A DNA stretch of 31,538 nt from a virus (Duplodnaviria; Caudoviricetes). The stretch is taken from positions 1 to 31,538 of IMG/VR virus record IMGVR_UViG_3300021354_000022. The stretch is one strand, 5' to 3'. Below are positions 1 to 9,578 of this stretch, in pieces (the stretch's first letter is position 1; the number at the start of each line of letters is the position of its first letter). The notes under the pieces are model-generated. The model saw only the letters and a program-made list of their open reading frames with translations. It searched no databases and was not told the DNA's origin. The translations under genes were made by a program, and so were the position numbers.

Positions 1-700
1 CTTCAGCAGCAATACGCTGAATAGCTTGCAATGCGCCTACATAGTAGGAATACAAAGTGTTACCAGCAACAATCAAGTCAGCCTTGTCTGTACCACGAAT
101 CTGCTTAATAGCAGCATTAGTCATAGCAGCAAGAATGGTTGTTGAAGAAGTAGCACCAGAAGTAATCTGGTTTTGCCAGAAAGTCCAAGTAGCGCGGTTA
201 ATACCACCGTAAGTACCTGAAGTTGGGGAAGCAGCAACAGCAGCGCCCAAACCATCCAAGTTCTTACCACCGTTACCAGTACCATCACCATACAAGTCAC
301 CAGAAATGCGGTTCAACAGGCGAGCTTCAGAAACTTGCATACGACCATCTAAAAGGTCAATGATTGCTTCTTTGCTGCTGTTTTGCAACATTTCAAGACC
401 AGACATAGTTACTGAGTCTGCGTATTGTGCAATTTTGTACTGGGCAGCAGAGATAGGGCTATCTGGAGCAATGTTCAATACTTCATATCCGCTATAAGAA
501 TTAGCGTTGTTGGTTGTGCTGTCGTCATACATAATCTCTTCCAAGATTACATTACCGCCTGAGAATGGGCGTACATTGCCCTTCTGTTGCAAGCGCTGAA
601 GAATAGCGTTGTTTTGTGTTAAGTTATCTGCCAATTCACCGCTACGACTTTGAATAGTAGTTGCGATAATATCGGTGATTGCTGAGTTAGCGAATGCCAT
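1..700 (-). CDS. Major capsid (coat) protein, truncated by window edge
   Basis: Not in the ORF track. Manual translation from ATG 700 (RBS AAGGA): MAFANSAITDIIATTIQSRSGELADNLTQNNAILQRL...YGDGTGNGGKNLDGL..., open to base 1; directly follows the scaffold gene. Confidence 0.88.
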   Translation of the reverse strand, partial: MAFANSAITDIIATTIQSRSGELADNLTQNNAILQRLQQKGNVRPFSGGNVILEEIMYDDSTTNNANSYSGYEVLNIAPDSPISAAQYKIAQYADSVTMSGLEMLQNSSKEAIIDLLDGRMQVSEARLLNRISGDLYGDGTGNGGKNLDGLGAAVAASPTSGTYGGINRATWTFWQNQITSGATSSTTILAAMTNAAIKQIRGTDKADLIVAGNTLYSYYVGALQAIQRIAAE

Positions 701-736
701 GATATATCCTTAAAAAAATGTGCCAAAATTGGCTAG

Positions 737-1774
737 TTAAACCCTGCGGCTCATTGCTTCACCTAATTGGTCAGCAATAATAGACCGCCTATCCTTTTTA
801 TCGCCAGGTTCAATCACTCTTCCGCTAGGAGTAACGGATTTTGGACTTACTGCTGCCGCCTTCGCTTTCGCTACTTGCTGTGCTTTGATTGTTGATTGCT
901 TGGCAGAAGTTAGGAGTCTTTCCTGTTCTAATTCCCAAACATCATCATTCATACGCACAGCTTTCTTGTAAGCTGTTTCTAGGTCTTGGGCTTTCCCTAG
1001 CTCAAGTAGTTGAGCCATTTCTTCCCTTACCACATCAAAGTGTGGATACTTCTCCACATCACTCCGATACTTCTCAATTTCAGTCATTAAGCGTTGGTTT
1101 TCCTCTTGGGCAAACCGACCTTTAATGGTTGAAACTTCTTGATTAACCATGTTTAGCTGGTTCATCAGTTGTTGCGTGTAAGGGTCAAACTGTTGCATCT
1201 GACCATTACCATTTAATTGTACGCCATATTCTTGTGCAAGTCTTTGAAAGATTTGGACTTTCTGTTGCATTGGTGCATGAGTCAAAATTTGGTCGGCTCT
1301 TGCTAAATTAGAAATATATTGCTCTGGCTTAATTCCACGCTTTTGCAAGTCTTCAGCATACGGCCCAACAGCTTCTTCATAAGCCTTTGCTCTGTCAGCT
1401 TCAGCTTTGTAAGTGCTTACGCCTTTCTTGTATTCAGACTCTCTTTGATTGGCATATTCAGCAAATTTATTAAAGTCCTCTTTGTTGATTTGTTCGCCTT
1501 TTTCCATTTTGTCCCAAATTTGGACATATTCTTTTTTCCATGTAGAAGGGCGACTTATAGGCTTATCCTGCGGTTCTTCATCCGACTCCGTAAGTTCATT
1601 AGCTTGAAAACTTTTGGCAGATTCTTCTCTATCTTCAAAGCGTACTTCCTCTTGGTCGGACTTCTGGGGTATGTCATTTTCCAAAACCGCTTCCGCTTCC
1701 AAGGGTTCTTGCTCATCTGCTGACTCCATTGCTTGTTCTAATAATGCTCTGCGGTCTAATTGTTCTTCTGACAT
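737..1774 (-). CDS. Capsid scaffolding protein
   Basis: 345 aa; acidic N-terminus, helical Q/E/K-rich body, PSTWKKE motif; directly upstream of the coat gene. Confidence 0.8.
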   Translation of the reverse strand: MSEEQLDRRALLEQAMESADEQEPLEAEAVLENDIPQKSDQEEVRFEDREESAKSFQANELTESDEEPQDKPISRPSTWKKEYVQIWDKMEKGEQINKEDFNKFAEYANQRESEYKKGVSTYKAEADRAKAYEEAVGPYAEDLQKRGIKPEQYISNLARADQILTHAPMQQKVQIFQRLAQEYGVQLNGNGQMQQFDPYTQQLMNQLNMVNQEVSTIKGRFAQEENQRLMTEIEKYRSDVEKYPHFDVVREEMAQLLELGKAQDLETAYKKAVRMNDDVWELEQERLLTSAKQSTIKAQQVAKAKAAAVSPKSVTPSGRVIEPGDKKDRRSIIADQLGEAMSRRV

Positions 1775-1782
1775 GGTTTTTC

Positions 1783-2163
1783 CTATCTATAGTTAAGTTT
1801 TGCATAAGCCAGTTCCGCAATTTGACGCTTTCTTGCTTCTTGGGACTTTGTGCTAATTTGTGCTTCTTGACGCTGCATTGGTACATCGTTGCCTAATTCA
1901 ATACATCCATTACGCTTTAAGTTCTCTCTATGCTTAGAGCGACTGTCAATCCATGAGCCATCAGCCATGCTTATATGGCCTTCAATGTCAGACATAACAG
2001 TAGGAGCAACCCTAGTTTTCATAGCTACTTTGTCTTGCCAGGAAGCCTTTGCTGCTTCTTCTCCAATAGTAGGTGTCCACCAATCAAGAAAAAACTCTTC
2101 GTCTGACTGTTGTTTTTTTGCAACATGATTACTTTCAGAATAACCGCATTTAGGGCAAATCAT
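1783..2163 (-). CDS. Hypothetical head-module protein with N-terminal CxxC
   Basis: 126 aa, MICPKCGY; DGSWIDSRSKHRENLKRNGCIELGND segment resembles small head-region proteins of related podoviruses. Confidence 0.7.
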   Translation of the reverse strand: MICPKCGYSESNHVAKKQQSDEEFFLDWWTPTIGEEAAKASWQDKVAMKTRVAPTVMSDIEGHISMADGSWIDSRSKHRENLKRNGCIELGNDVPMQRQEAQISTKSQEARKRQIAELAYAKLNYR

Positions 2164-3059
2164 TACATTCTCCTTATAAGGTCAGGTACTTGGTTATATT
2201 CTTCTTGACGCAATGCAATAACTGAGTCATACCACTTGCCATTTTTCCAACGCCAGCAGATATACTCTTCTTTAGGTAGCAATACAATCGTTTTAACGCC
2301 CAATGCGCCTGCTAAATGGGCTGTGCCTGTGTCTACTGTCACAATGCCTTTTAAAGCCTTCATGTGGCTTGCTGTGACCTTCCAATCGGTTTTCCATCCA
2401 TCATCAGGCAAAGGATGAAAAAAGCCGTCATGGTCTGGTGATAGGCTATAAGCGTTATCCCCTACTAATTCATACATTTTGTGGTCAGGAATAGACTTAA
2501 TATGAAATAGAATGTTGCGACTTGCGCCCCAATTTACCCCTATTTTTGGCTCAATATTGGAAGGTTTAGCGTCTAAATAACCTTCAGAACCTACTATTTT
2601 TTTAGTTGTTATGGGAAATAATGACTTTGCATACTTATCTGCACATGAAATATAGTAAGGAAGGCTCATATTGCCTAGCCAATAATTACATTCCACTACA
2701 TCAGGGCATTCAGGCTGATTTGTAAGCACATCAATGCATTCAAATTGCCCCAAAATAGGCAGTAATGAACCATGAGTGAGTAATACGACCTTTTTTGCGC
2801 CCATTATTTTAAGAAAAGGTAAGAACCTAGCAAACATAAAGATGTCGCCAAAGCCTTGTTCCATTTGAATAACAATAGACTTGTTTAAAAGACTTTCACC
2901 ACGCCAAATAGCAGGTTTTGGTGGCTTTTTAGTGTATTCGCTTACTTGGTTAGCTAAAACTTCAGGATGCCAACGATATTCAAACAGTCTAAAGCCAGCG
3001 TCATAACGCCCAGCGTGTAGGTGTTCGTAAGCCTCTTTGTATTTTGCGTGTGGATTTAC
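2163..3059 (-). CDS. Glycosyltransferase (GT-B, GT9/heptosyltransferase-like, TPR-GT type)
   Basis: EQGFGD and TVDTGTAHLAGALG...WRW motifs. The frame stays open upstream of the track start (2864) through LHAGRYDAGFRLFEYRW...WRGESL to 3083; true start uncertain. Confidence 0.8.
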   Translation of the reverse strand, partial: VNPHAKYKEAYEHLHAGRYDAGFRLFEYRWHPEVLANQVSEYTKKPPKPAIWRGESLLNKSIVIQMEQGFGDIFMFARFLPFLKIMGAKKVVLLTHGSLLPILGQFECIDVLTNQPECPDVVECNYWLGNMSLPYYISCADKYAKSLFPITTKKIVGSEGYLDAKPSNIEPKIGVNWGASRNILFHIKSIPDHKMYELVGDNAYSLSPDHDGFFHPLPDDGWKTDWKVTASHMKALKGIVTVDTGTAHLAGALGVKTIVLLPKEEYICWRWKNGKWYDSVIALRQEEYNQVPDLIRRM

Positions 3060-3532
3060 AGGATTAGTGCTAATAGGGCCTCTTCATCATCTAATTCTGC
3101 TTGTCGCTTTGCTTCTAAGATTGCTAACTCTTGCTCTAAGCGGAGTTTTGCGGCTCTTATTAATACAGCGTTTTGCAGGTCTTGTTGTTGCGTTACAAGA
3201 TTAGCGATGTATCGGTCAATGTTTGCTAGGTTTGACGGTATATCAACGCTAACTTCTTGATTGGATTGTACTTTGTTTTGTTTGTGCTTGCTTACTTTTG
3301 GGTCTACTAAATCAGCAATAGTTTGCTTCCTAGCTTCTTGGTCTGCCCTTAATGCAGCTATGCGCTTTTCTTCTGCCAGGCGCAGTTTCTTTTGAATACC
3401 TTTAAGTCTTTTTAGCTCTTCCCTTGTATAAGGTGCGTCATCACCACCAACCTTTGTAGGTGTAACTGGGGTAATGACAATTTGGAATGCATCATTTTGA
3501 AATGCATTGACTTGAAAAGCTGTTTGAAACAT
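3056..3532 (-). CDS. Hypothetical virion-associated coiled-coil protein
   Basis: 158 aa; N-terminal FQTAFQVNAFQNDAFQ repeat, coiled coil, C-terminal DDEEALLALIL; coupled to neighbours. Confidence 0.7.
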   Translation of the reverse strand: MFQTAFQVNAFQNDAFQIVITPVTPTKVGGDDAPYTREELKRLKGIQKKLRLAEEKRIAALRADQEARKQTIADLVDPKVSKHKQNKVQSNQEVSVDIPSNLANIDRYIANLVTQQQDLQNAVLIRAAKLRLEQELAILEAKRQAELDDEEALLALIL

Positions 3533-5355
3533 TAGAATGTTCCGCCTGATACCCCTACAAACTTAGTAGCTGTAATGGTAGTTCCAGTAATAGCTGCGGC
3601 TGCTGTACCACCAATAGCAGGTGGACTTGACAAGTCTAAAGTACCGCCTAAAGTAAGGCTTCCTGTGGTTGTAACTGTACCACTAAGTGATATACCTGAA
3701 ACTGTGCCTGTACCGCTTACAGAAGTTACTGAGCCACTTCCCTTGCTATTAAATGTAGTCCAATCTGTGCTTGTAAGGTAGCCGTTTACGCTTCCTGTGG
3801 CGGCAGCCATACTAATTGCTGGAGTTGCACCACCACTACTTACTACAGGAGCAGTACCTGTTACTGAGGTTACCGTTCCCTGTGGATTAGCAGCAGTTGT
3901 AATGCTAGTAACACGCCCATAAGTGTCGATTGTGACTACAGGAATAAGGGTGCTAGAACCAGTTGTGCCAGCCGTTGCCACACCTGAAGCTAAGTCAATA
4001 ACAGGAGTATTACCACCAGTACTGGTTATACGACCAGTAGTTCCACTTACGCTAGTTACAGTACCACCGCTAGATGGGCTTGTATTGGTAATAGTAAAGT
4101 TAGGGTAAGTACCACTAGTTGAAATACCAGTACCAGCAGTTAAAACTACGGTTTGGTCAGGAGCAGTATTGGTTACGGTTACAGCACCAGTTGATGCACT
4201 TACGCTAATTCCTGTGCTTGCCGCTAAAGAATTAACCACATTGGTAAGTCCTGAGCCTGAACCACTAAAGGTTGTAGCTGTAATGGTTGTACCTGTTATG
4301 GCTTTAGGTGTTGTTGCACCAATAGTCATGTTATCCATTGTTCCTACATAAGTAGGGTTTATTTGGATTGAATTAACGCCTGTAGGGTTAATATGAACAT
4401 GACCAGTACCAGTAGGACTAATGTCTATTTGTGCGTTTGTGCCGTTAATGTTAGTAGAAACATTGATTGAAGCATTGTCACCACCGCCAGCACCCATGCT
4501 TATTTGAGTTGTTCCTGCGGAGTTTTTAAGCGATAAACCACCTGAGTTTGATGCTTGTACTGTAGGAGTAGTAAGGCTAGTAGAAGCACTTACAGTAGTA
4601 AATTTACCTGTGCTTGTGGTTGTAGCACCAATCGTTGTGCCATCAATAGCACCGCCTGTAATTGCCACGCTATTAGCGTTTTGCGTAGACATAGTGCCAA
4701 AGCCACTAATGTCGGTATTTGTAAGAACTACTGTTCCTGTGTAGCCATTGACGCTAGTTACAGCATCGGTATTGTCTATCTTCTGCCATGCCGACCCGTT
4801 ATATACCGCCCAATCACCAATTTGCCAATCAGAAATACCGTTGAGAGTAGTGCTGCCAGCAACATTAACAACATAGTAATAACCCTTAGTACCAACAGAA
4901 CTGGTGAGAGTAGGCGTATTAGTACTTGCATTCCATGTTCCTTGATAGCTTAAAGCTCCTAAAACTGCGGCTGGTAACTGACTAACAGGGACTGTTCCAC
5001 TACCATCTAAACTTGCTACTCCGTTAGCTACGCCTTTTGTTGCAGTTGCAACATAATCGCTAATCGTAACGCCAGACATTGAGCCACCAGTTACAACAAT
5101 GTTATTACTGTTTTGCGTGGACATTGTTCCAAGACCAGTAACTGCGGTGCTAGGAATAGTTGTACTAGCTGTCATAGCGGATACACCATTGCCATATACA
5201 TAACCAGTTAAGGTTGATGCACCAGTACCGCCATTGTCTACAGGGATTGTTCCTGTCAATACATGGTCATCATTCCAATCACTAGGGCGTACAACAGTTG
5301 TGTCTGTACCGTCAGGTATCGTTGAAACCTTTGTATGCTTGACTGTTATAGCCAT
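3532..5355 (-). CDS. Thr/Gly/Ser-rich fibre-like virion protein
   Basis: 607 aa; GTVTSV repeats, GVASLD, YQGTWNASTN module, duplicated GTMSTQN, C-terminal SGGTF. Confidence 0.75.
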   Translation of the reverse strand: MAITVKHTKVSTIPDGTDTTVVRPSDWNDDHVLTGTIPVDNGGTGASTLTGYVYGNGVSAMTASTTIPSTAVTGLGTMSTQNSNNIVVTGGSMSGVTISDYVATATKGVANGVASLDGSGTVPVSQLPAAVLGALSYQGTWNASTNTPTLTSSVGTKGYYYVVNVAGSTTLNGISDWQIGDWAVYNGSAWQKIDNTDAVTSVNGYTGTVVLTNTDISGFGTMSTQNANSVAITGGAIDGTTIGATTTSTGKFTTVSASTSLTTPTVQASNSGGLSLKNSAGTTQISMGAGGGDNASINVSTNINGTNAQIDISPTGTGHVHINPTGVNSIQINPTYVGTMDNMTIGATTPKAITGTTITATTFSGSGSGLTNVVNSLAASTGISVSASTGAVTVTNTAPDQTVVLTAGTGISTSGTYPNFTITNTSPSSGGTVTSVSGTTGRITSTGGNTPVIDLASGVATAGTTGSSTLIPVVTIDTYGRVTSITTAANPQGTVTSVTGTAPVVSSGGATPAISMAAATGSVNGYLTSTDWTTFNSKGSGSVTSVSGTGTVSGISLSGTVTTTGSLTLGGTLDLSSPPAIGGTAAAAITGTTITATKFVGVSGGTF

Positions 5356-5356
5356 T

Positions 5357-7627
5357 TTATTGGACTCCGATTATCTTGCCGTCAGCACCTCGAACTACAG
5401 TCTTAGGTCTGTTATGTTGAGCATTAATTGTGTCTACAAGGGCTGAAATTGCTTGTGCCATTTGTTCGTTTCCTTGACCAATAGCATTGGCAATAGGCTG
5501 CATAGGGTGTTCTTGTGCCCTTACATACTCTTCTTCAGTTAAATAGGCTTGCGCTCCATCTGAATCATCAGAACCAATGCGTGCTACTTCAATTTTTGCG
5601 CCATTGTTAATGTGAGCTAACATTACTTGAGTATTACGCTCAGTCATCATCTTCATTTGGGCTACTTTTAGCTCCATTTCTCTGTCAGCAGCGTTTCTTT
5701 GCTGTTCAAGTTGGAATTTAAGTTGGTTTTCTTGTGCCTGGTACTCTTGTTTAGCCTTTTCAAGCTGCATTTGACCCTGTAACTTAGCTTGCTCGACTTG
5801 AGCTTGCATCTGAATCTGTTGCATCTTCGATTGGTTGTCCATCTGCGCTTTTTGTATCTCTGGTGGCGGTGGTTTAGGCTGACCTTGCATCTGTTGTGCT
5901 TTAGTACGCATTTCATCAGCAGTTTGGTCAATAATTCCTTCCAACTGTTTACCTGCTTTGAACGCTGTTACGCCAAACTTAAGCATTTCCATAGCCATAG
6001 GTGCTAATTCAGGTTGTGCTTGAATCATAGGGACTGCTTGTTGCATAAAGCCACTCATTGCTTGCAAGAATTGCATTCTGTCTTGCTTTTCTTGCTGCTC
6101 ATCTTGGTAAATCATTGAGTCAGAGGTGACTTCTATGCGGAAATTCTTAGCTGCTTCATCTCTTAACAGCGCAATCGCTTGTGGAATGTACTGTTGGTCT
6201 TGCGGACTTAGTTGCATTGCACCAGAAATCTTCACTAGCGTGTCATCTGTAAAATGATTGCAAATAATCTGCGCTTTAATGCTTAAAAGGCTAGTAGCAA
6301 AGTCTACAACTGAGTGTTGCATTGTCTTTAAGCGACCAGCAGCGTTATTAGACTTAATAATTTGTGCGCCAAGAGTTTCATTGGGGTCAGTTTGTCCACG
6401 CTGAATGTCAGCAATACCCATTAATTCATAGATTTGACCCTTAACTTGTTCCATTGCTTGATAACAAGATTGCAAAGCGCTTGCAAAAGGAGTTATATCG
6501 ACTAAATCAATAGCGCCTTTCATACCTTGTTTTTCGGCAAATGCCATCCAGTTACTTACTGGAATCATGGTGTTGTTTTCGCCTTCAGAGAACAGTCTTT
6601 GTAGCTCGCTGGCTGATGCATCGTAAACGCCTCGTACCTTCAAAGCGTTAATCAAGCCATCAATTCTGTCACAAAGAGCGTCTAATTCTCTTGCTTGGTC
6701 TTGGTAAATGACAAAGTCAGGAATTGGCTCAAGGCTATCAGTTGTAAGGGTGCTGTATAGGGGTTTAGGACAAGGCCAAAAGTTCTCCAAGCCCAATGGG
6801 TCATCACGCTCATCCAATATCTTTCCGAGTGACTTAGAAATCCACAGTACTTTTCCTGTTTCTTTGTCCCATATTTCATATATCAGCGCCTCATATACTC
6901 CGTCATCAGACTTGTACGACTGTTTTAAATCTTCAGGCTTAGTATCAAGTGGAATCTTATAGCCTAATTCTTCGCCAAAACGCTCACAAAGAGCAGGTCT
7001 AGACATATAGACTCTACGCCATACTGCGGTTACTTCTTCCCAGGTTCTAGCAATTGTGTGTCCAAAGTCTTTCCAATGGACATAATCTACAGGGCAGCAC
7101 TCATATTCAATGCGCTCTGGATTTTCATTGACTTCGCCTTGCATTGTTTCGGCTTCGTCAGAATCTTCAGTTACCTCTAAACCATCTTCAGGTGTGTCGG
7201 TTTCATCAGCTTCACCTACAATGTGTGGCTCATAACGAACCCAACTAACGCCACGACCACCCAATAATCGGTCTAAAACGCTGTTATTCATAGCTGACTT
7301 ATAGTCGCCATAGTGTTCAATTTCAAACTCTAAGGCACGCTCAAGCATCATTGAGGCTACTCTGCCGATTGGGTCATTGTCCCTAAATCTACGGCTTACA
7401 TCAGGTCTTGGAAGTCTTGCAAAGATAGCAGGCTGAATGGTTTGGACATTTGACCAAAGAATATTAAACCGAGCATTAGGATTGCGGTCATAGCGACTGT
7501 CATCTTTATACTTCTTTACTATCCTATCAACTCTGGCTTCCCAACGCTTATATGAGCGTTCATAGCCCATAATGGTTTTGTACCAATCTTCATAAGTGTG
7601 GTCTACAGTTGCCTTGTCATTCGCCAT
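5357..7627 (-). CDS. Portal protein (P22-like)
   Basis: 756 aa directly after terL; Q-rich C-terminal coiled coil like the P22 portal barrel. Confidence 0.9.
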   Translation of the reverse strand: MANDKATVDHTYEDWYKTIMGYERSYKRWEARVDRIVKKYKDDSRYDRNPNARFNILWSNVQTIQPAIFARLPRPDVSRRFRDNDPIGRVASMMLERALEFEIEHYGDYKSAMNNSVLDRLLGGRGVSWVRYEPHIVGEADETDTPEDGLEVTEDSDEAETMQGEVNENPERIEYECCPVDYVHWKDFGHTIARTWEEVTAVWRRVYMSRPALCERFGEELGYKIPLDTKPEDLKQSYKSDDGVYEALIYEIWDKETGKVLWISKSLGKILDERDDPLGLENFWPCPKPLYSTLTTDSLEPIPDFVIYQDQARELDALCDRIDGLINALKVRGVYDASASELQRLFSEGENNTMIPVSNWMAFAEKQGMKGAIDLVDITPFASALQSCYQAMEQVKGQIYELMGIADIQRGQTDPNETLGAQIIKSNNAAGRLKTMQHSVVDFATSLLSIKAQIICNHFTDDTLVKISGAMQLSPQDQQYIPQAIALLRDEAAKNFRIEVTSDSMIYQDEQQEKQDRMQFLQAMSGFMQQAVPMIQAQPELAPMAMEMLKFGVTAFKAGKQLEGIIDQTADEMRTKAQQMQGQPKPPPPEIQKAQMDNQSKMQQIQMQAQVEQAKLQGQMQLEKAKQEYQAQENQLKFQLEQQRNAADREMELKVAQMKMMTERNTQVMLAHINNGAKIEVARIGSDDSDGAQAYLTEEEYVRAQEHPMQPIANAIGQGNEQMAQAISALVDTINAQHNRPKTVVRGADGKIIGVQ

Positions 7628-8970
7628 TAATATCTCCTATTCACTACATTCTTTGTGTCTTTCCACAAATCATTGAGTGATACTTCAGTTTTACCTACAA
7701 ACAGCCCTTTAATGGAGTCATCCTTATGGGGCAACTTCGCTTCTTCTTTCCAGGCAATGCTTAGCATCCTGAAGGCATCAGCACCATGAGAAGTCCAATC
7801 ATGCCTAGGTTTATCCCTAAAGACCTTCTTGTCCTCATCGTACTCACGCTGATACTGCCTTAAACATTCAATGCCATCTTCACACTTATGGTCAAACCAA
7901 GCTCTAGTTAATGCTAGTCGTGTTGCTTGTATTCCATCTTGTAATGACAAACTTGGCACAATTCTTAACGATTTTAACGCAATTTTGTCTGAAAGTTGCT
8001 CAATTATGCTTTTATTTGACGCAAGTGTCTTTGCTCTTGCATCATGAGGTAAATAATGTGTGCCGTAGTTGTAACCTCTTTCCTTCTCTCTTGACTGAAT
8101 AATGCCAGCGTAAAAAGCTACTGGCTGACCATTTGAAGAGTGGTAGTCAAGCATACGAATCTCGCCATGCACCACTTGAAACCACCATATTGCTGTGTCA
8201 TCGGAGTAACCTAAGTCCCAGGCTGTGTGTACAGGGAACATTGGGTCATATTCAATGTCAAGTATTCTGCCTTGGTCAGTAAGCTGACGCATTTCTTTGC
8301 CATAGAAAGCTCCAATAATGGCAGACTCAAAGTCACATTCCCACTCAGCTAAATACTGGTCTTGGGTTTGCATCTTTTTGGCATCGTCTAATTCTTCTTG
8401 GGGAATTAAGCCAGTTTGACTAGCTCGCAGAGTCTTTACATACCAACTGTCATCTTTGGTAGCGTTGTTATATATTTCCCAGAATTGGTTATGTCCCTTT
8501 GGAGTCCCAATAAAGGTAGCCCAACCCCTTCTGTCTGATAATAATGGCCTCAAGACAGCTCCCCATAAGGAAGGCTTCATGTCAGCAAACTCATCTAGCA
8601 CTACACCATCAAGATACAGACCACGCAAACTGTCAGCGTTATCAGCACCAAACAAACGAATCCTTGCCCCATTTATCAATTCCACCCATAGTTCTGAAAC
8701 ATTGTGATTAGCCCTTACAGGCTCTGAAAACTTCATTAAGTAGTCAAAAGCAATGCTTTTAGCCTGGGCGTAGTACGGTGCGAGGTAGGCATATCTGCCA
8801 TCTTCCTTGCCATCAATTAAAGCCTTGTATATAAGGTCATTAATGCAAGCAACAGTCTTGCCGCAGCGTCTATGAGCTACGATTACTGCCCAGCGTTGTT
8901 CTCTTTCATGGAAGTCTAGGAATACATCTCTTGGACAATAGTCCAGTTCTACCTTTAGTTCTTCTTCCAA
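7627..8970 (-). CDS. terL: Terminase large subunit
   Basis: Walker A HRRCGKT, Walker B VVLDE, GTPKG, nuclease motifs WDLG and HDWTSHGADAFR. Confidence 0.95.
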   Translation of the reverse strand: MEEELKVELDYCPRDVFLDFHEREQRWAVIVAHRRCGKTVACINDLIYKALIDGKEDGRYAYLAPYYAQAKSIAFDYLMKFSEPVRANHNVSELWVELINGARIRLFGADNADSLRGLYLDGVVLDEFADMKPSLWGAVLRPLLSDRRGWATFIGTPKGHNQFWEIYNNATKDDSWYVKTLRASQTGLIPQEELDDAKKMQTQDQYLAEWECDFESAIIGAFYGKEMRQLTDQGRILDIEYDPMFPVHTAWDLGYSDDTAIWWFQVVHGEIRMLDYHSSNGQPVAFYAGIIQSREKERGYNYGTHYLPHDARAKTLASNKSIIEQLSDKIALKSLRIVPSLSLQDGIQATRLALTRAWFDHKCEDGIECLRQYQREYDEDKKVFRDKPRHDWTSHGADAFRMLSIAWKEEAKLPHKDDSIKGLFVGKTEVSLNDLWKDTKNVVNRRY

Positions 8971-9287
8971 GACACCACCATGCGTTGAGGTGCTTTAGCA
9001 TCGCCTACTACTTCAGTCCTGGCTAACTTAGGAACAGAGTATTCAACTAGGTTTTGGACAATCTCACAAGCCTTTGCTGGATTAGGCTGCACAATCCACT
9101 TACCAGCTAAATCGTCATAGATGCCTTCAGCGGTACTCTGTATCCACGATTGAATAAAAGGTAGGTTGCTATCAAGAATAGCTTTAACGGCTTCACGAGC
9201 CTCTGTAGTGGCTTTATTAGGTATTCCAGCCTTACGACCAGCCCTATTTAAGTTACCTTCTACAGACTTCGACAGTTTTTTATCCAT
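8955..9287 (-). CDS. terS: Terminase small subunit
   Basis: 110 aa with GRKAGIPNKAT motif, overlaps the terL start. Confidence 0.8.
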   Translation of the reverse strand: MDKKLSKSVEGNLNRAGRKAGIPNKATTEAREAVKAILDSNLPFIQSWIQSTAEGIYDDLAGKWIVQPNPAKACEIVQNLVEYSVPKLARTEVVGDAKAPQRMVVSWKKN

Positions 9288-9294
9288 ACATTCT

Positions 9295-9307
9295 CAAGTA
9301 GTTGATT
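9295..9307 (-). promoter_or_regulatory. IHF-consensus site upstream of terS
   Basis: Minus strand AATCAACTACTTG matches WATCAANNNNTTR. Confidence 0.4.
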
Positions 9308-9329
9308 TGTAAGGGTTTATTCTACACCA

Positions 9330-9365
9330 TTTGCAATAAACCAACAGTTAAGGGTAATTACCTAT
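9330..9365. promoter_or_regulatory. Palindromic operator plus TTAAGGGTAATTACCTAT box between divergent terS and orf9417
   Basis: TTTGC-AATAAA-CCAACA (9330-9346), then an 18-bp box 16/18 identical to 20039-20056. Confidence 0.6.
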
Positions 9366-9416
9366 ACTTTTAACGCTTTATCACTATAAACTGCATACAT
9401 CAACAAGGGGAAACAA

Positions 9417-9578
9417 ATGAACTACAAAAACTTTCAAATTGCATACAAGCCAGAGTTAAACACTTATGTAATTATTGACAGTAAGTTTAATCAAGAAATT
9501 AAATGTAAATCTGTTCAAGCTTGTAAAGTGCGTATTTCTAAACTTATTGCTTCTCGCCAGCGTTTTGCAGCGCTTTAA
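9417..9578 (+). CDS. Small hypothetical protein (53 aa)
   Basis: Not in track: MNYKNFQIAYKPELNTYVIIDSKFNQEIKCKSVQACKVRISKLIASRQRFAAL; RBS AAGGGG, upstream TAAACT -10-like hexamer. Confidence 0.65.
   Translation: MNYKNFQIAYKPELNTYVIIDSKFNQEIKCKSVQACKVRISKLIASRQRFAAL

Noticed and set aside
711-733. GCCAA-TTTTGGC hairpin plus T7 before the coat gene as a terminator
   Set aside because: Stem only 4-5 bp and separated from the T-tract; too weak to call.
306-8707. Many short plus-strand or alternate-frame ORFs in the head operon
   Set aside because: Shadows of well-supported minus-strand genes.
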